From: Candidatus Bathyarchaeia archaeon
Lineage (GTDB): Archaea; Thermoproteota; Bathyarchaeia; Bathyarchaeales; Bathycorpusculaceae
Assembly (NCBI GenBank): GCA_049512075.1
Contig: JBEKXL010000025.1
Coordinates: 1 to 29,574, forward strand
Length of the DNA stretch: 29,574 nucleotides
Direction of reading: 5' to 3'
How positions within the stretch are numbered: position 1 is the stretch's first letter; every line of letters begins with the position of its first letter. The notes under the pieces were generated by a model that searched no databases, had not been told where the DNA came from, and saw only the letters and a program-made list of their open reading frames with translations. A program made the position numbers and the translations under genes. Below, piece by piece: positions 1 through 9,152 of the stretch.

Positions 1-63
1 CCGGCCTCCATCTCCAAGGTTATCTCCACATTTTCGTAACACACGCTCAGTATAAAGGCTTAA

Positions 64-112
64 GTGGGGGAATTCACCGCCCGGGGCAAGCCCCGGGGTT
101 CTCTTCCCCCAC
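64..112. mobile_element. Nested GC-rich hairpin resembling an IS200/IS605-family element end
   Basis: Outer stem GTGGGGGAA (64-72) pairs with TTCCCCCAC (104-112); inner stem CCCGGGG-CAAG-CCCCGGG (80-97). No transposase is visible in the window. Confidence 0.45.
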
Positions 113-208
113 ACCCTTGAAATAGAACGACCTGCGATCGCTCACCTTAATTCCGCAACGTCCTGCGCAGTCCTTGTCGAAATCAGAGATGCCAGCAAAG
201 CAACCACA

Positions 209-534
209 GCGCGCGCCTCGGAGTTCTCCTTCTTCCGAACTGGAACTGGGCAATGATAGTGGCAATCATAACGCCTCTGGCGTGCATCCTGAGCGTCGAG
301 GCCAACGTAATCATATCCTCGAGAGTTAATGATGTGAGGGCGGCGCAACAACTCGGAGGACTTGTCGTACTCCCTCTACTACTTTCTGTGTTCTTGGCGG
401 CATCGGGAGAGTTTATTTCAACAAGCTTGCTCACCCTGGTATTATCAGGCATATTGGTCGTCGCGGACATCACTTTGTTCTTCGTGAGAAAGGCAACGTT
501 TCAGAGAGAAGAGACACTGACAGAGTGGAAGTAA
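209..534 (+). pseudogene. C-terminal fragment of an ABC-2 type permease
   Basis: The frame reads ARLGVLLLPNWNWAMIVAIITPL...ISSRVNDVRAAQQLG...FQREE, typical of permease C-terminal helices. It is closed upstream by TAA at 148-150, and the permease-like sequence starts at the GCGCGCGC run at 209-216. Confidence 0.7.
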
Positions 535-582
535 ACTTGCATCTGGAAAATCTAATAAGAGAGCAAAACATAGGGATTTGCC

Positions 583-1200
583 GTGGAATACCATTATTAT
601 AGAGTATACTCAGTTCAACGCGAGAGGGCTTGGGAAAGACAGCAAATCACCGATGGCTCCTTAATCCGCGAGTTGCACAGCCCTTCTGAGGGAAAGATCA
701 AGGCTGAGATAGATGAAGTGGGGCCAAAGGATAGCCCGGCTAGGACCTGGAGGCGCCTAGCAAAATACTTCTGTCAGGGGATCGGTTTTTCCTTGCTTGT
801 TTCTATCTTGACCTGCGCATCGATGGATTTCGCCTCTCACACTCCCGCGTTCGTAACTGGACCGCCGCCATTCTTGGTCGTGATAATGGGATTTGCGATG
901 GTCGTACTGTTGGTTCTGATGATTGGAATTGTCAATAGCGTAATAACGGCACGATTTTGGTTTCGAGTGGAAACCTCTTTCTGGAGCATCATGCTCCAAG
1001 GAATCGCATTGTTCGTTGCACTTTGGATTGTGGACATTCCTTTCTCCTTAGCGAACTTCGCTTTTCCGGGCATTGCAACCATTCTAGTCGTTTTAGTTCT
1101 TCAAGGTTTCGCGGATGGATTTGTTTGCAAGAAAGTGGCGGAGACCTGGAGAAAAGACGTCTTTCCAACAACATCGAAAGCGCCCGCCACACTAGGATAG
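583..1200 (+). CDS. Hypothetical membrane protein (about 4 TM helices)
   Basis: 205-aa ORF with a hydrophilic N-terminus and four hydrophobic segments; start uncertain. Confidence 0.7.
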   Translation: MEYHYYRVYSVQRERAWERQQITDGSLIRELHSPSEGKIKAEIDEVGPKDSPARTWRRLAKYFCQGIGFSLLVSILTCASMDFASHTPAFVTGPPPFLVVIMGFAMVVLLVLMIGIVNSVITARFWFRVETSFWSIMLQGIALFVALWIVDIPFSLANFAFPGIATILVVLVLQGFADGFVCKKVAETWRKDVFPTTSKAPATLG

Positions 1201-1241
1201 TGAAAAAATAAAGCCACTCGAGCATTCGCTGGAATTGATCA

Positions 1242-2006
1242 CTAAGGCTTGACTCGTCTGAACGCGGCTGTTGCAATTGCGAAGGCGAAGAGACTTTCTG
1301 CTATAAGCGCTGCTATCTCGATAGGCAAAAGCGGCACGTACACCTGCAATAGCCCGGCTCTGAGCATGTCCGCAGCATAGGTCAGGGGATTGGCCAATGA
1401 TATAGCTTGAATGATTATGGGCGCTTTTTCCAGAGGGTAGTAGACTGAACTCAGAAACATCAAGGGAGTGAACAAAACGTTTAGAGTGGCATTGAATGCC
1501 TCGTTGGATTTTATGAACACGGAAATGGCCAGCGTCAGGGAACCAAAAAAGAGAGACCCCAACACCAGTGAAGCGGCAATGTATAGAACGCCCTCGATGG
1601 AAACGCTTAACCCCACAAGCAGGGGAGAGGCGATGAGAAAAACCAGAAACGCGTTTAGCATTCCCTGAAGCATAATCGAAACCAACTTGCTAAGTATGTA
1701 CTGCCACCTGCTGAACGGCCCCACGACTATCTGTGCGAACATGGCCAACCTCTTGTCAAGCCAAAGCATCGCCCCTGCCATAGAAGCAGCAAACATTATC
1801 TGCATGACCACTACGCCCGGCGCAAGAAAAAGCACGTAGCTGACCTCCCTGTTGCCGACGCTCATTGTCGGAATGACAGATGCGTAACCGAAACCGGCGA
1901 CGAAGATATAGAACAGAGGGGTTACAAGCTGGACCGCGATCATCGATTTGGTTGACCAGAGGCTGGCCTTCAAATCCCTGTACAAAAGCCTAAGAAAACT
2001 ATTCAT
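1242..2006 (-). CDS. ABC-2 type exporter permease
   Basis: Six TM helices, motifs YVLFLAPG, PLMFLSSVYYP and NPLTYAAD; overlaps the ATPase gene end. Confidence 0.93.
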   Translation of the reverse strand: MNSFLRLLYRDLKASLWSTKSMIAVQLVTPLFYIFVAGFGYASVIPTMSVGNREVSYVLFLAPGVVVMQIMFAASMAGAMLWLDKRLAMFAQIVVGPFSRWQYILSKLVSIMLQGMLNAFLVFLIASPLLVGLSVSIEGVLYIAASLVLGSLFFGSLTLAISVFIKSNEAFNATLNVLFTPLMFLSSVYYPLEKAPIIIQAISLANPLTYAADMLRAGLLQVYVPLLPIEIAALIAESLFAFAIATAAFRRVKP

Positions 2007-2958
2007 TGCGATTCCTCCCTTTCGAGTTCACCATCTGAATGAAAACGTCATCCAACGATGGCTCCTCTATCCTAAGTTCCGTTATATGCACTCCGAGAGT
2101 CGTCGTCACATCGATTATTCTGGGCAACACTGCGTTTGCATCCTCCGCAAACACCCTCAACGACTCGTCCTTCTGTTGCGAACGGACTATTTTCTGAACG
2201 CCGAGCAAACCCTGCAGCTTACGGTCTACGTCGCTGTTGTCCTCAGCGAAACGTAGATGAATCACGCTTACTCCTCCGAACTTCTGTTTGATGTTCTTTA
2301 TCGTGTCCAAGGCCAGGATTTGTCCGTGGTTAATTATGGCTATTCTGTCACAGATGTACTCCGCCTCTTCCATTATGTGTGTAGTGAAGAAGACGGTCAC
2401 ACCGTTTCTCACCTTCTCGCGCACGAAATCTAACGTCACTCTTCTAGCCTGCGGGTCCAAGCCAGTAGTGGGTTCGTCAAGAAACATGACCTCGCAATCG
2501 TGCATGAACTCTCTTGCGACTTGCAGACGTCTCCTCTGCCCAATCGAGAGTTCAGGCGGAGCTGTCTTCCTAGCCTCCTTCAGGCCAAACTTGTCCAGAA
2601 GAAGCTCGATCCTTTTCTTTCTCTCCACCTTCGGCACATTCCATAAAACTCCATACAAGTCAAGATTCCCCTCCACGCTCAAAGCGTGCTCGTAGCTCGG
2701 ATCCTGTTGCACAACGCCTATCCTAGGCCTAATCTTGCCTCCTTCAGAAACAACGTCAAGTCCGAGAACGGTGGCCTTGCCACTCGTCGGTCGCAAGAGG
2801 GTGGTCAACATCTTTATGGTCGTTGTCTTACCAGCGCCATTCGGGCCCAGAAAGCCGAAAACCTCCCCCTTTCGAACACTGAAGGAAACGTGATCAACAG
2901 CAACTACGCTACCATACCGCATCGTAAGTTCATTCGTTTCAATGGAACACTCTGACAA
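1999..2958 (-). CDS. ABC exporter ATP-binding protein (DrrA-like)
   Basis: Walker A GPNGAGKTT, signature LSIGQ, Walker B MFLDEPT, H-loop TTH, C-terminal EPSLDDVF; TTG start. Confidence 0.95.
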   Translation of the reverse strand: MSECSIETNELTMRYGSVVAVDHVSFSVRKGEVFGFLGPNGAGKTTTIKMLTTLLRPTSGKATVLGLDVVSEGGKIRPRIGVVQQDPSYEHALSVEGNLDLYGVLWNVPKVERKKRIELLLDKFGLKEARKTAPPELSIGQRRRLQVAREFMHDCEVMFLDEPTTGLDPQARRVTLDFVREKVRNGVTVFFTTHIMEEAEYICDRIAIINHGQILALDTIKNIKQKFGGVSVIHLRFAEDNSDVDRKLQGLLGVQKIVRSQQKDESLRVFAEDANAVLPRIIDVTTTLGVHITELRIEEPSLDDVFIQMVNSKGRNRNE

Positions 2959-3064
2959 TTACTTCCACCGACAAAAACAGCTATGGTCTCGGTTAAATAG
3001 TATTGTGGGAAAAAGTGACCACTAACCTGAAAGAACAGACAAGAGGATTCGCGCGCGTTTTGGA

Positions 3065-3631
3065 CTAATTGCTGTTTCTGAGTTGCGTTTCAGTTTCAAG
3101 GCAATGTATGAGGCCTTCAACGATTCTGTATGTGAGTCCCCAGATGATGGTGCCTCCCACGATGAAAGCTGGAACTTCTCCGAAGCTGAATTTTGCTGTG
3201 GTCCTGTTTCTGACAAGCTCTTCGAGAGGGATCCAGAGGTACTCTTCCAGTTCTTTTTCGTTCAATATTATCGATGGTTCGTTTTCTGTGAGAATGGCGA
3301 AAGGGAGGACCTTGATTTCAGGTCGGGGTTTCGATTGAAATACACGCATTACTCCTAGGAACTCGCAATTTTGAAGTAGGTTTATGTTTGTCTCTTCCAG
3401 CGTTTCTCTGATCACGGTTTCTTTCAGGTTCTTGTCCTTCGGTTCTCGTTTTCCTCCGGGCAACGCCATCTGCCCAGACCAAGGATCTCTAGAGTTTTGA
3501 ACTCGCCTCACAAGGAGAACATGTGGTCTTCCACTTTCAAGCTTCAGAATCAGAGCCACTGACGCATTTGCGCCTTGCTCACACGACACAGGTCTCAGAG
3601 TACTGGAGAGTTTTCCGATAGAAAACGTCAA
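3065..3631 (-). CDS. Nudix hydrolase, CoA pyrophosphatase family
   Basis: DPWSGQMALPGG followed by Nudix box RETLEE, and C-terminal IWGLT. Confidence 0.9.
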   Translation of the reverse strand: MTFSIGKLSSTLRPVSCEQGANASVALILKLESGRPHVLLVRRVQNSRDPWSGQMALPGGKREPKDKNLKETVIRETLEETNINLLQNCEFLGVMRVFQSKPRPEIKVLPFAILTENEPSIILNEKELEEYLWIPLEELVRNRTTAKFSFGEVPAFIVGGTIIWGLTYRIVEGLIHCLETETQLRNSN

Positions 3632-3841
3632 TTCGAATCAACACACACTTTTCCTGACTCTTGAACCCAGCATAAAAACAATTCTGTCCGTCGACTCGTG
3701 CAGACTGTCAGTTGTTGAGAATTGAATTGCGCAGGCGCTCGCTTGAACCGGACAATCGGCAAGGCAAACCTCATAACCCCAAAAGAAAAAGTATACGTCA
3801 CCCGAACTAATCTGTGTTGAAGTAGGAGACAGGCAAATCTC

Positions 3842-4513
3842 ATGAAACTTGCGGTGCTTTGCGACTTTGATGGAACAATCACGACAGTTGATACGGCGGA
3901 GTGGGTGCTCGCCAAATATGCCCAAGGAGACTGGCGGCTGTTTGACAGGCAGTTCGAGGACGATGAAATCTCGCTTGAACAATGCTTGAACAGAGAGTTT
4001 TCTCTTGTGATGACATCAGAAAAACAAATACTGGAAGAACTGAAGCACGTGGTCATCTTTCGACCGAACTTCAAGAAGCTGGCAGAGTATTGCAGGGAAA
4101 GACATATTCCTCTTATGATAGTCAGTGCGGGAATTGATTTCGTCATAGAGCACTTTTTGAAACTCAACAATTGCATGGACCTAGTCAAGGTCTACGCTGC
4201 GAAGACCACCTTCAACGCCAACGGCATCAGGTTCACCTTTCCGCCACTGCTTGACACAACATCTGACAACTTGAAACACGACATGGTCAGACATTACCAG
4301 AGCCAAGGCATGAAAGTAATCTACGTAGGAGATGGATCGGCGGACTATGCAGCAGTTAAAGATGCGGACTATTCATTCGTGATTAAAGGTTCTAAACTGG
4401 CGAAACTGTGCAGAAGCCACGGGATACCATGCAGAAACATGACAGACTTTCAAGACATAATCGATGCCATTAGCAAAATCCTGTCGCATAGCGCGCTGGG
4501 CGACGCTCAATAA
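3842..4513 (+). CDS. HAD-IB phosphatase (MtnX-like)
   Basis: Motif I DFDGTIT, motif II VSAG, motif IV GDGSAD. Confidence 0.9.
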   Translation: MKLAVLCDFDGTITTVDTAEWVLAKYAQGDWRLFDRQFEDDEISLEQCLNREFSLVMTSEKQILEELKHVVIFRPNFKKLAEYCRERHIPLMIVSAGIDFVIEHFLKLNNCMDLVKVYAAKTTFNANGIRFTFPPLLDTTSDNLKHDMVRHYQSQGMKVIYVGDGSADYAAVKDADYSFVIKGSKLAKLCRSHGIPCRNMTDFQDIIDAISKILSHSALGDAQ

Positions 4514-5303
4514 GGAAAACAAGAAACGGAAAATGCAGAGAAACCGATTTGTTTTAGACCGCGTCGATGGCCAAAAGCCAATCAATTGTACCCGAACAAT
4601 GTCTGTGACTCAGTCTTCGATTTGGTGATTTGTCTTTCCTTCTTGTTCTTTGCATCCTAACCATTTCCTAGGCATCTTGCACTATGACAATTTGCTTTGT
4701 ATTTATATGTGAATAATATACCATGGCTCATCAGATACCGCTGCTTGCCTCTTTTTCTTTCTAGACATATTCTTCATTTCCAATCCTCGTATAGAAACAG
4801 TGCAAATCAGACATATCTAGGATTTCCAAATAATATACCGACGACCACTTATTCTATATAGAAAAAGCCGCTTCGCGACCCGCGCGCACCGAGGAATCTA
4901 AGCGAACACCCATCAGCTCCTTCATCTTCTGGGTCGAACTCTTGACGACAAAACTCTCAACTTTCATCACGTCCACCCTCAAAACCTTCATAGCCCACCC
5001 TGAAGAGAGGTATCTTCACCTACGCATTAGCGAAAAGACTGGCCACTGGTTGGTCACATTTGCACAGAACACCTAACTCGAGTGACCGCTCCTCTGATCG
5101 TTTGAGGTGGCAAAAAGTGAAACATGAATATATGCACCACACAGCGAGAAAGTCCAACCTTCCCATTTCTTTAATGAAGGCTGTGAGGGCCGTGCAAGAC
5201 GCTGCTCGCGTGCTCAGAGTCATGGCTTTCCTACACTCAGCCAATGATCTTCCATCCATCCTTAGACTCTATGGAATAGATAACTCGTCAGAAACCGCTT
5301 GAA

Positions 5304-5987
5304 ATGCACGCGCAGGGAAAGAGCTTAAGTGATGCTGTGAAAACTCTGAATGAGAAGGTGCGTCTTAGCGTGGCTTTCTACGAAGTCGTTAATAGAAGAA
5401 GAAGCGTGAGAGAATTCCAGTCCAAGCCTGTTGAGGCAGACAAGCTGCAGCGAATTCTTGAGGCTGGTTTGAAAGCGCCAAGTCACAATCACCTCAGGGA
5501 ATGGGAATTCATTCTTGTCAGGAATCCTGAACAGAGAGTAAGAGTGGTTGAGGCAGGCGCAAAGGCCGAGGACATGGCAGATAGCAAGAAGTTGGAGGAG
5601 GCTGTGAGAGACTTTGCCGATGATTTGCAAAGAGAAATGTATCTGAAAGCCTTGTCTGTCCAAAAGAGAATGCTACTCAGTTCGCCAGAATTGCTCGTTG
5701 TGTGTTTCAGAATGAGGAAACCACTCAAAGAGTGCAAGACGCTTTATGAGTTGAACAATTTCGCCTCAGTGTGGACTTGCGTCGAAAATATCCTGCTTGC
5801 TATGGCTGCTGAAGATCTCTACGGCGTAACCTACATACCCCACGAAACATCAGTACTCAAAGGAATATTGGGTGTTCCAAGCGACTACGAGGTAGCATCA
5901 CTCATTCCAATCGGTTACCCAAAGCCTTACGAAGTGAAGCAGAAACCGGCATTACTTCAGAACAGGATTCACGTAGACAAATGGTGA
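5304..5987 (+). CDS. Nitroreductase family protein
   Basis: RRSVREF, KAPSHNH..EWEFI, ENILLAM and IPIGYP motifs; the true start may be downstream (near 5370). Confidence 0.9.
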   Translation: MHAQGKSLSDAVKTLNEKVRLSVAFYEVVNRRRSVREFQSKPVEADKLQRILEAGLKAPSHNHLREWEFILVRNPEQRVRVVEAGAKAEDMADSKKLEEAVRDFADDLQREMYLKALSVQKRMLLSSPELLVVCFRMRKPLKECKTLYELNNFASVWTCVENILLAMAAEDLYGVTYIPHETSVLKGILGVPSDYEVASLIPIGYPKPYEVKQKPALLQNRIHVDKW

Positions 5988-6033
5988 AAGTGCAGATGGC
6001 GCACTCTGTGCGCGCGCGCAATCTAGCGAGCTG

Positions 6034-6318
6034 ATGGACAGGATAACTAAGAAAACGTTGCAAATGGTTGACACGAGTGTAAATGCACTGAGAGACAACG
6101 ACGCAGACATGGCTAAAACACTCGCAAAAACCGAGAACGAAGTGGACGACATATACTCAGCCTATTTAGACCTACTTTCCAAAGCTCCTCCAAAAACAAA
6201 ATGCCTAGTCTGCAACCTTCTCGTCGTGAGATATCTGGAGAGAATAGCAGACCACGCAACCTACATCGGCGAATCAATAGTCTACATCGCCACCGGAGAA
6301 AAGGTAAGCCTCAGATGA
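6034..6318 (+). pseudogene. PhoU C-terminal half (single PhoU domain), probably 5'-truncated
   Basis: ENEVDDIY and RYLERIADHATYIGE motifs; only one of the usual two repeats; begins just after GCGCGCGCGC at 6010-6019. Confidence 0.65.
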
Positions 6319-6350
6319 AACCTTAACCTGTGTAGAAGAGGTGTCTGATA

Positions 6351-6527
6351 ATGCGCAAAATCATTCAGATGCCTCACAAGTTCTGTGATTACACCTGCTA
6401 TGTCAACGACTTGGAAGATGCACTTGCCTCGAAGGGAACTAGTTACATTGACTTGTTGCTCTCTGTCGTGGGAGGCATGGCAAGCTTTGCCTACTTGAAG
6501 TTCAAACGGGCGAATGGTGCGCGCTAA
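6351..6527 (+). pseudogene. 58-aa ORF, probably the N-terminal fragment of a larger protein (possibly BtrH_N-like)
   Basis: Hand translation MRKIIQMPHKFCDYTCYVNDLEDALASKGTSYIDLLLSVVGGMASFAYLKFKRANGAR*; SD-like GAGGTG upstream; ends GCG CGC TAA at a CG run. The family call is from recall only. Confidence 0.55.
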
Positions 6528-6547
6528 CGCGGTGGGTGCAGCAATCC

Positions 6548-7069
6548 TTATAGGTGGAGTTTGTTTGCCAGGTCTTCCGCGTATTTCTTCGCTTTCTCTA
6601 GCTCTCCCTCTTTCAGTTGCATTTCATTCTTGCCTTCGACGTCCTTCTTGCTTTGAACGTAGGTAACCAAAGAGGGCATGACTATTTTGAAACCGAGTTT
6701 TTCGAGCTTCTTTTCTATCCCCTTTGCCGCGTTTCCACTGAGCGGCATCTGTAGCTGAGTGTCAAATGCCGCGGCAAGTTTTCCAGAAAACTCGTCTTTG
6801 CCAAATCTGTCCAGAAATTGCATAATAGGCCCGGTTGCCTTCCGCCACTGGGTGGGCGACCCAGCTAATAGACAATCATAATTCTTTACACCTGCTGGGT
6901 CAACATCCTTAACATACAGACAGTCAACATCAAACCCTCTTTCTTTGAGAACCTCACTCATCGCCTTAGCGACTTTCTCAGTGTTTCTTGGTGCAGCGGC
7001 AGCCCCCCAAGCCCTAGAACTCGTATCATATACAACTAGAACCTCCAAGTAATTCTCCTCAGCTGTCAT
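6548..7069 (-). CDS. Flavodoxin domain protein
   Basis: VVYDT...NTEKVA, GSPT and AAAFDT motifs; start set at MTAEENY rather than the ORF-track start at 7162. Confidence 0.85.
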   Translation of the reverse strand: MTAEENYLEVLVVYDTSSRAWGAAAAPRNTEKVAKAMSEVLKERGFDVDCLYVKDVDPAGVKNYDCLLAGSPTQWRKATGPIMQFLDRFGKDEFSGKLAAAFDTQLQMPLSGNAAKGIEKKLEKLGFKIVMPSLVTYVQSKKDVEGKNEMQLKEGELEKAKKYAEDLANKLHL

Positions 7070-7208
7070 TGAGTCGCGAAGCTTTTGAGCTTTTCGAAAC
7101 CGCGCTTTGCGGGAAGCTCTCGTTTTTCCGCCGTGATCCGCACCTTTCTCTCGGTAGACCACTTCAATAGGGACGTACTCAACTCATTTTGATGCACTCA
7201 GGAACCGG

Positions 7209-7230
7209 ATTTAGGGACAAGTCAGCGCGC
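7209..7230 (+). repeat. Solo terminus matching the MITE-like element right end
   Basis: ATTTAGGGACAAGTCAGCGCGC versus ATTTAGGAACAAGCATGCGCGC (25742-25763): 18/22 identical. Confidence 0.45.
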
Positions 7231-7849
7231 TACAAAGAGGAGGTCTTTGTCTGTGCCTGAGTTGGCTCTGTTTTGATTTCAAAGAACGCTACGGCCAGCA
7301 GTATCATGCGACCCACAATAGAACAAAACCTATGACTATGACGGTTAGGACAGCACCAATGAGTACCAGCAGTCCAGTTGTAGCAAACAAGTGGGTACCA
7401 GACTTCTCGGAAACAGTGTTGAGCGATCTTCTCAGGAAAATGGCTGCGACAACGATGAATACGAAAAGAACAACCAACGCCCCCACTATAGCCGCCACGT
7501 AAGGCGCCAGTGCGCTCCAATTTGTGAAACCTTGCCAGTTGAAGTTCTGAAGGGCAGTCCAGTCAGTCCAATTAGAAATGTGAATGCCCAAGACCGGCAA
7601 CATGTCGATGGCCGCAGTCACAACCACTGCCACGGCAATCACTCCTCCTATTATGGCTGCGATGACCCCAAAAATCACGTTGTTGAAAATGCGCCGCTCC
7701 TTGTAGTAGTCTGCCAAGCCGTTGAAGGCTACTAACACAAGTATCAGGCCGACCAGACCTATTACGCCAGTGTAGACACTTGCAAGCGGGCCAATCACCA
7801 TCAATATTGCCCCTATCCCTCCCAAAGTCTTGCTTGATTCAAGAGTCAT
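7230..7849 (-). pseudogene. DUF996-like membrane protein with a 1-bp frameshift near the C-terminus
   Basis: MTLESSKTLGGIGAIL...LLWVA stops at 7304, while the natural tail MILLAVAFFEIK... continues in another frame to 7230. Confidence 0.75.
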
Positions 7850-8069
7850 TTCACGAGGCCTCAAACGCAAGGTTTGTTTGAAACCTGAATAAAAGCCTTT
7901 TCTTTCAACAGAAACCTGGAATTCAGCTTATAGCGCGCTCATTTTGGATGTTCCGCACCAAGACCATGCATCCGTTCTTCGCGTTCTGAAATTCTCTCGA
8001 CTGGCCTTTACATGTTCGTTCTCAACTATGACTTTCACTATTAGACTCAGCAGTTTGAATCATGCGTTT

Positions 8070-8492
8070 CTAGGGTCTAGGATGTCTTCTCCCCGCCATA
8101 ATGACGCCGTACACGGCTGCAGCTATGATTGTCACGCCGACGAATACGAAGAACAACGCTGTCAACATCTGCGCGCCATAGCCTCCAGCTATTAACAAGT
8201 AGAGAAAAGCACCGAATATTATGAGCACTAATCCGCCGATCAGCGGCCCCAGGAACGTGTACTCATGCTTTTCGGTTTTCTCCCATTTCTCTTTCCTCTC
8301 GCTTTTTTCAGCCTGTCGCCTCTGGCCCCTCAGTTCCCTTCTTCGCTCTCTCCATTCCCTACGCCTGGCCCTCAGTTCATCCCTCCAATCCACCGTGGAC
8401 TCCGCTCTCAGAGATGCGCCACATCTTGGGCAGAAAACCATTGTCTCATCCACCTCTGAACCACACTTCGGACAATTAGGCAAAGCTTTCAC
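8070..8492 (-). CDS. Zinc-ribbon membrane protein
   Basis: CPKCG...FCPRCG, a charged linker and two C-terminal TM helices; start may be TTG at 8483. Confidence 0.85.
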   Translation of the reverse strand: MKALPNCPKCGSEVDETMVFCPRCGASLRAESTVDWRDELRARRREWRERRRELRGQRRQAEKSERKEKWEKTEKHEYTFLGPLIGGLVLIIFGAFLYLLIAGGYGAQMLTALFFVFVGVTIIAAAVYGVIMAGRRHPRP

Positions 8493-8721
8493 TCCCTACA
8501 CATCTGTCGCCATCACCGCTCATTAAAATTGCGCACACGTCAACCCTGGTATAACTTCAGATAAGTGGCCACCAATCACATCCGCAGTCGGCGGCATCCA
8601 TGCCACCTTACGCTTGCCGTATACACAGAGGCCAGTGAACATGGAAGAACACGCGCCAAGATCCCGTAAGTCTCCTAACCTTGAACATTCGTCCACACAC
8701 CCGTCTGCTCAACGTCGACCC

Positions 8722-9000
8722 TTACAATGCACATTAGGTCTGACATTACAACCGAACAGCAGAAAGTCAACCCTACCTACAATCCCTGACTAATACAATG
8801 AAAATTACATCTGACATTACAAACAAAAGAGCCGAGTCCACTCTGAACAGCCGTTCACCCTGTTTTTCTTCATGGTTTGTAACAATACACATTACATCTG
8901 ACATTACAAACAAAAAAGAGGGGGGGGGGTCGCCAGACGCAACAGTGCAATTTTACAATTCAACATTACAAAAAATGTAAATAAAAAAAGGCGGGGGCTC
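8722..9000 (+). repeat. Complex intergenic repeat, copy A (ACATTAC iterons plus G10 tract)
   Basis: Units like TACAATGCACATTACATCTGACATTACAA at 8723, 8794 and 8881, a degenerate unit at 8941, and G10 at 8920-8929; homologous to 19783-19986 on the minus strand. Confidence 0.9.
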
Positions 9001-9152
9001 AGCTTTGCGTGCGCGTCGTCCGCCTTCGTTCAAGCTTGAATCTGGTCGCTCGTCCTCAGCCTGCCTATGTAAAATCCTTCATTGCATTGTAGCCTTTTAC
9101 ACAATATTAATAAAACTTCCCGCAGTAACGTCCACCTGACGGGAACACGCAG

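Noticed and set aside
3628-4188. 186-aa and 114-aa minus-strand ORFs
   Set aside because: Antisense shadows of the HAD phosphatase with no motifs.
5020-5302. Overlapping 79-aa and 80-aa ORFs on opposite strands
   Set aside because: No recognisable motifs or translation signals.
8911-8930. Canonical ORB replication origin
   Set aside because: A G-string is present but the ORB core and an adjacent cdc6/orc1 gene are absent.
8722-8972. CRISPR array
   Set aside because: Only 3-4 degenerate units, irregular spacers that are homologous between the two loci, and no cas genes.
8798-8980. 60-aa ORF and its counterpart 19743..20078 as paralogous proteins
   Set aside because: They are translations of the DNA repeat; the frames diverge after the G-tract and many differences are non-synonymous.
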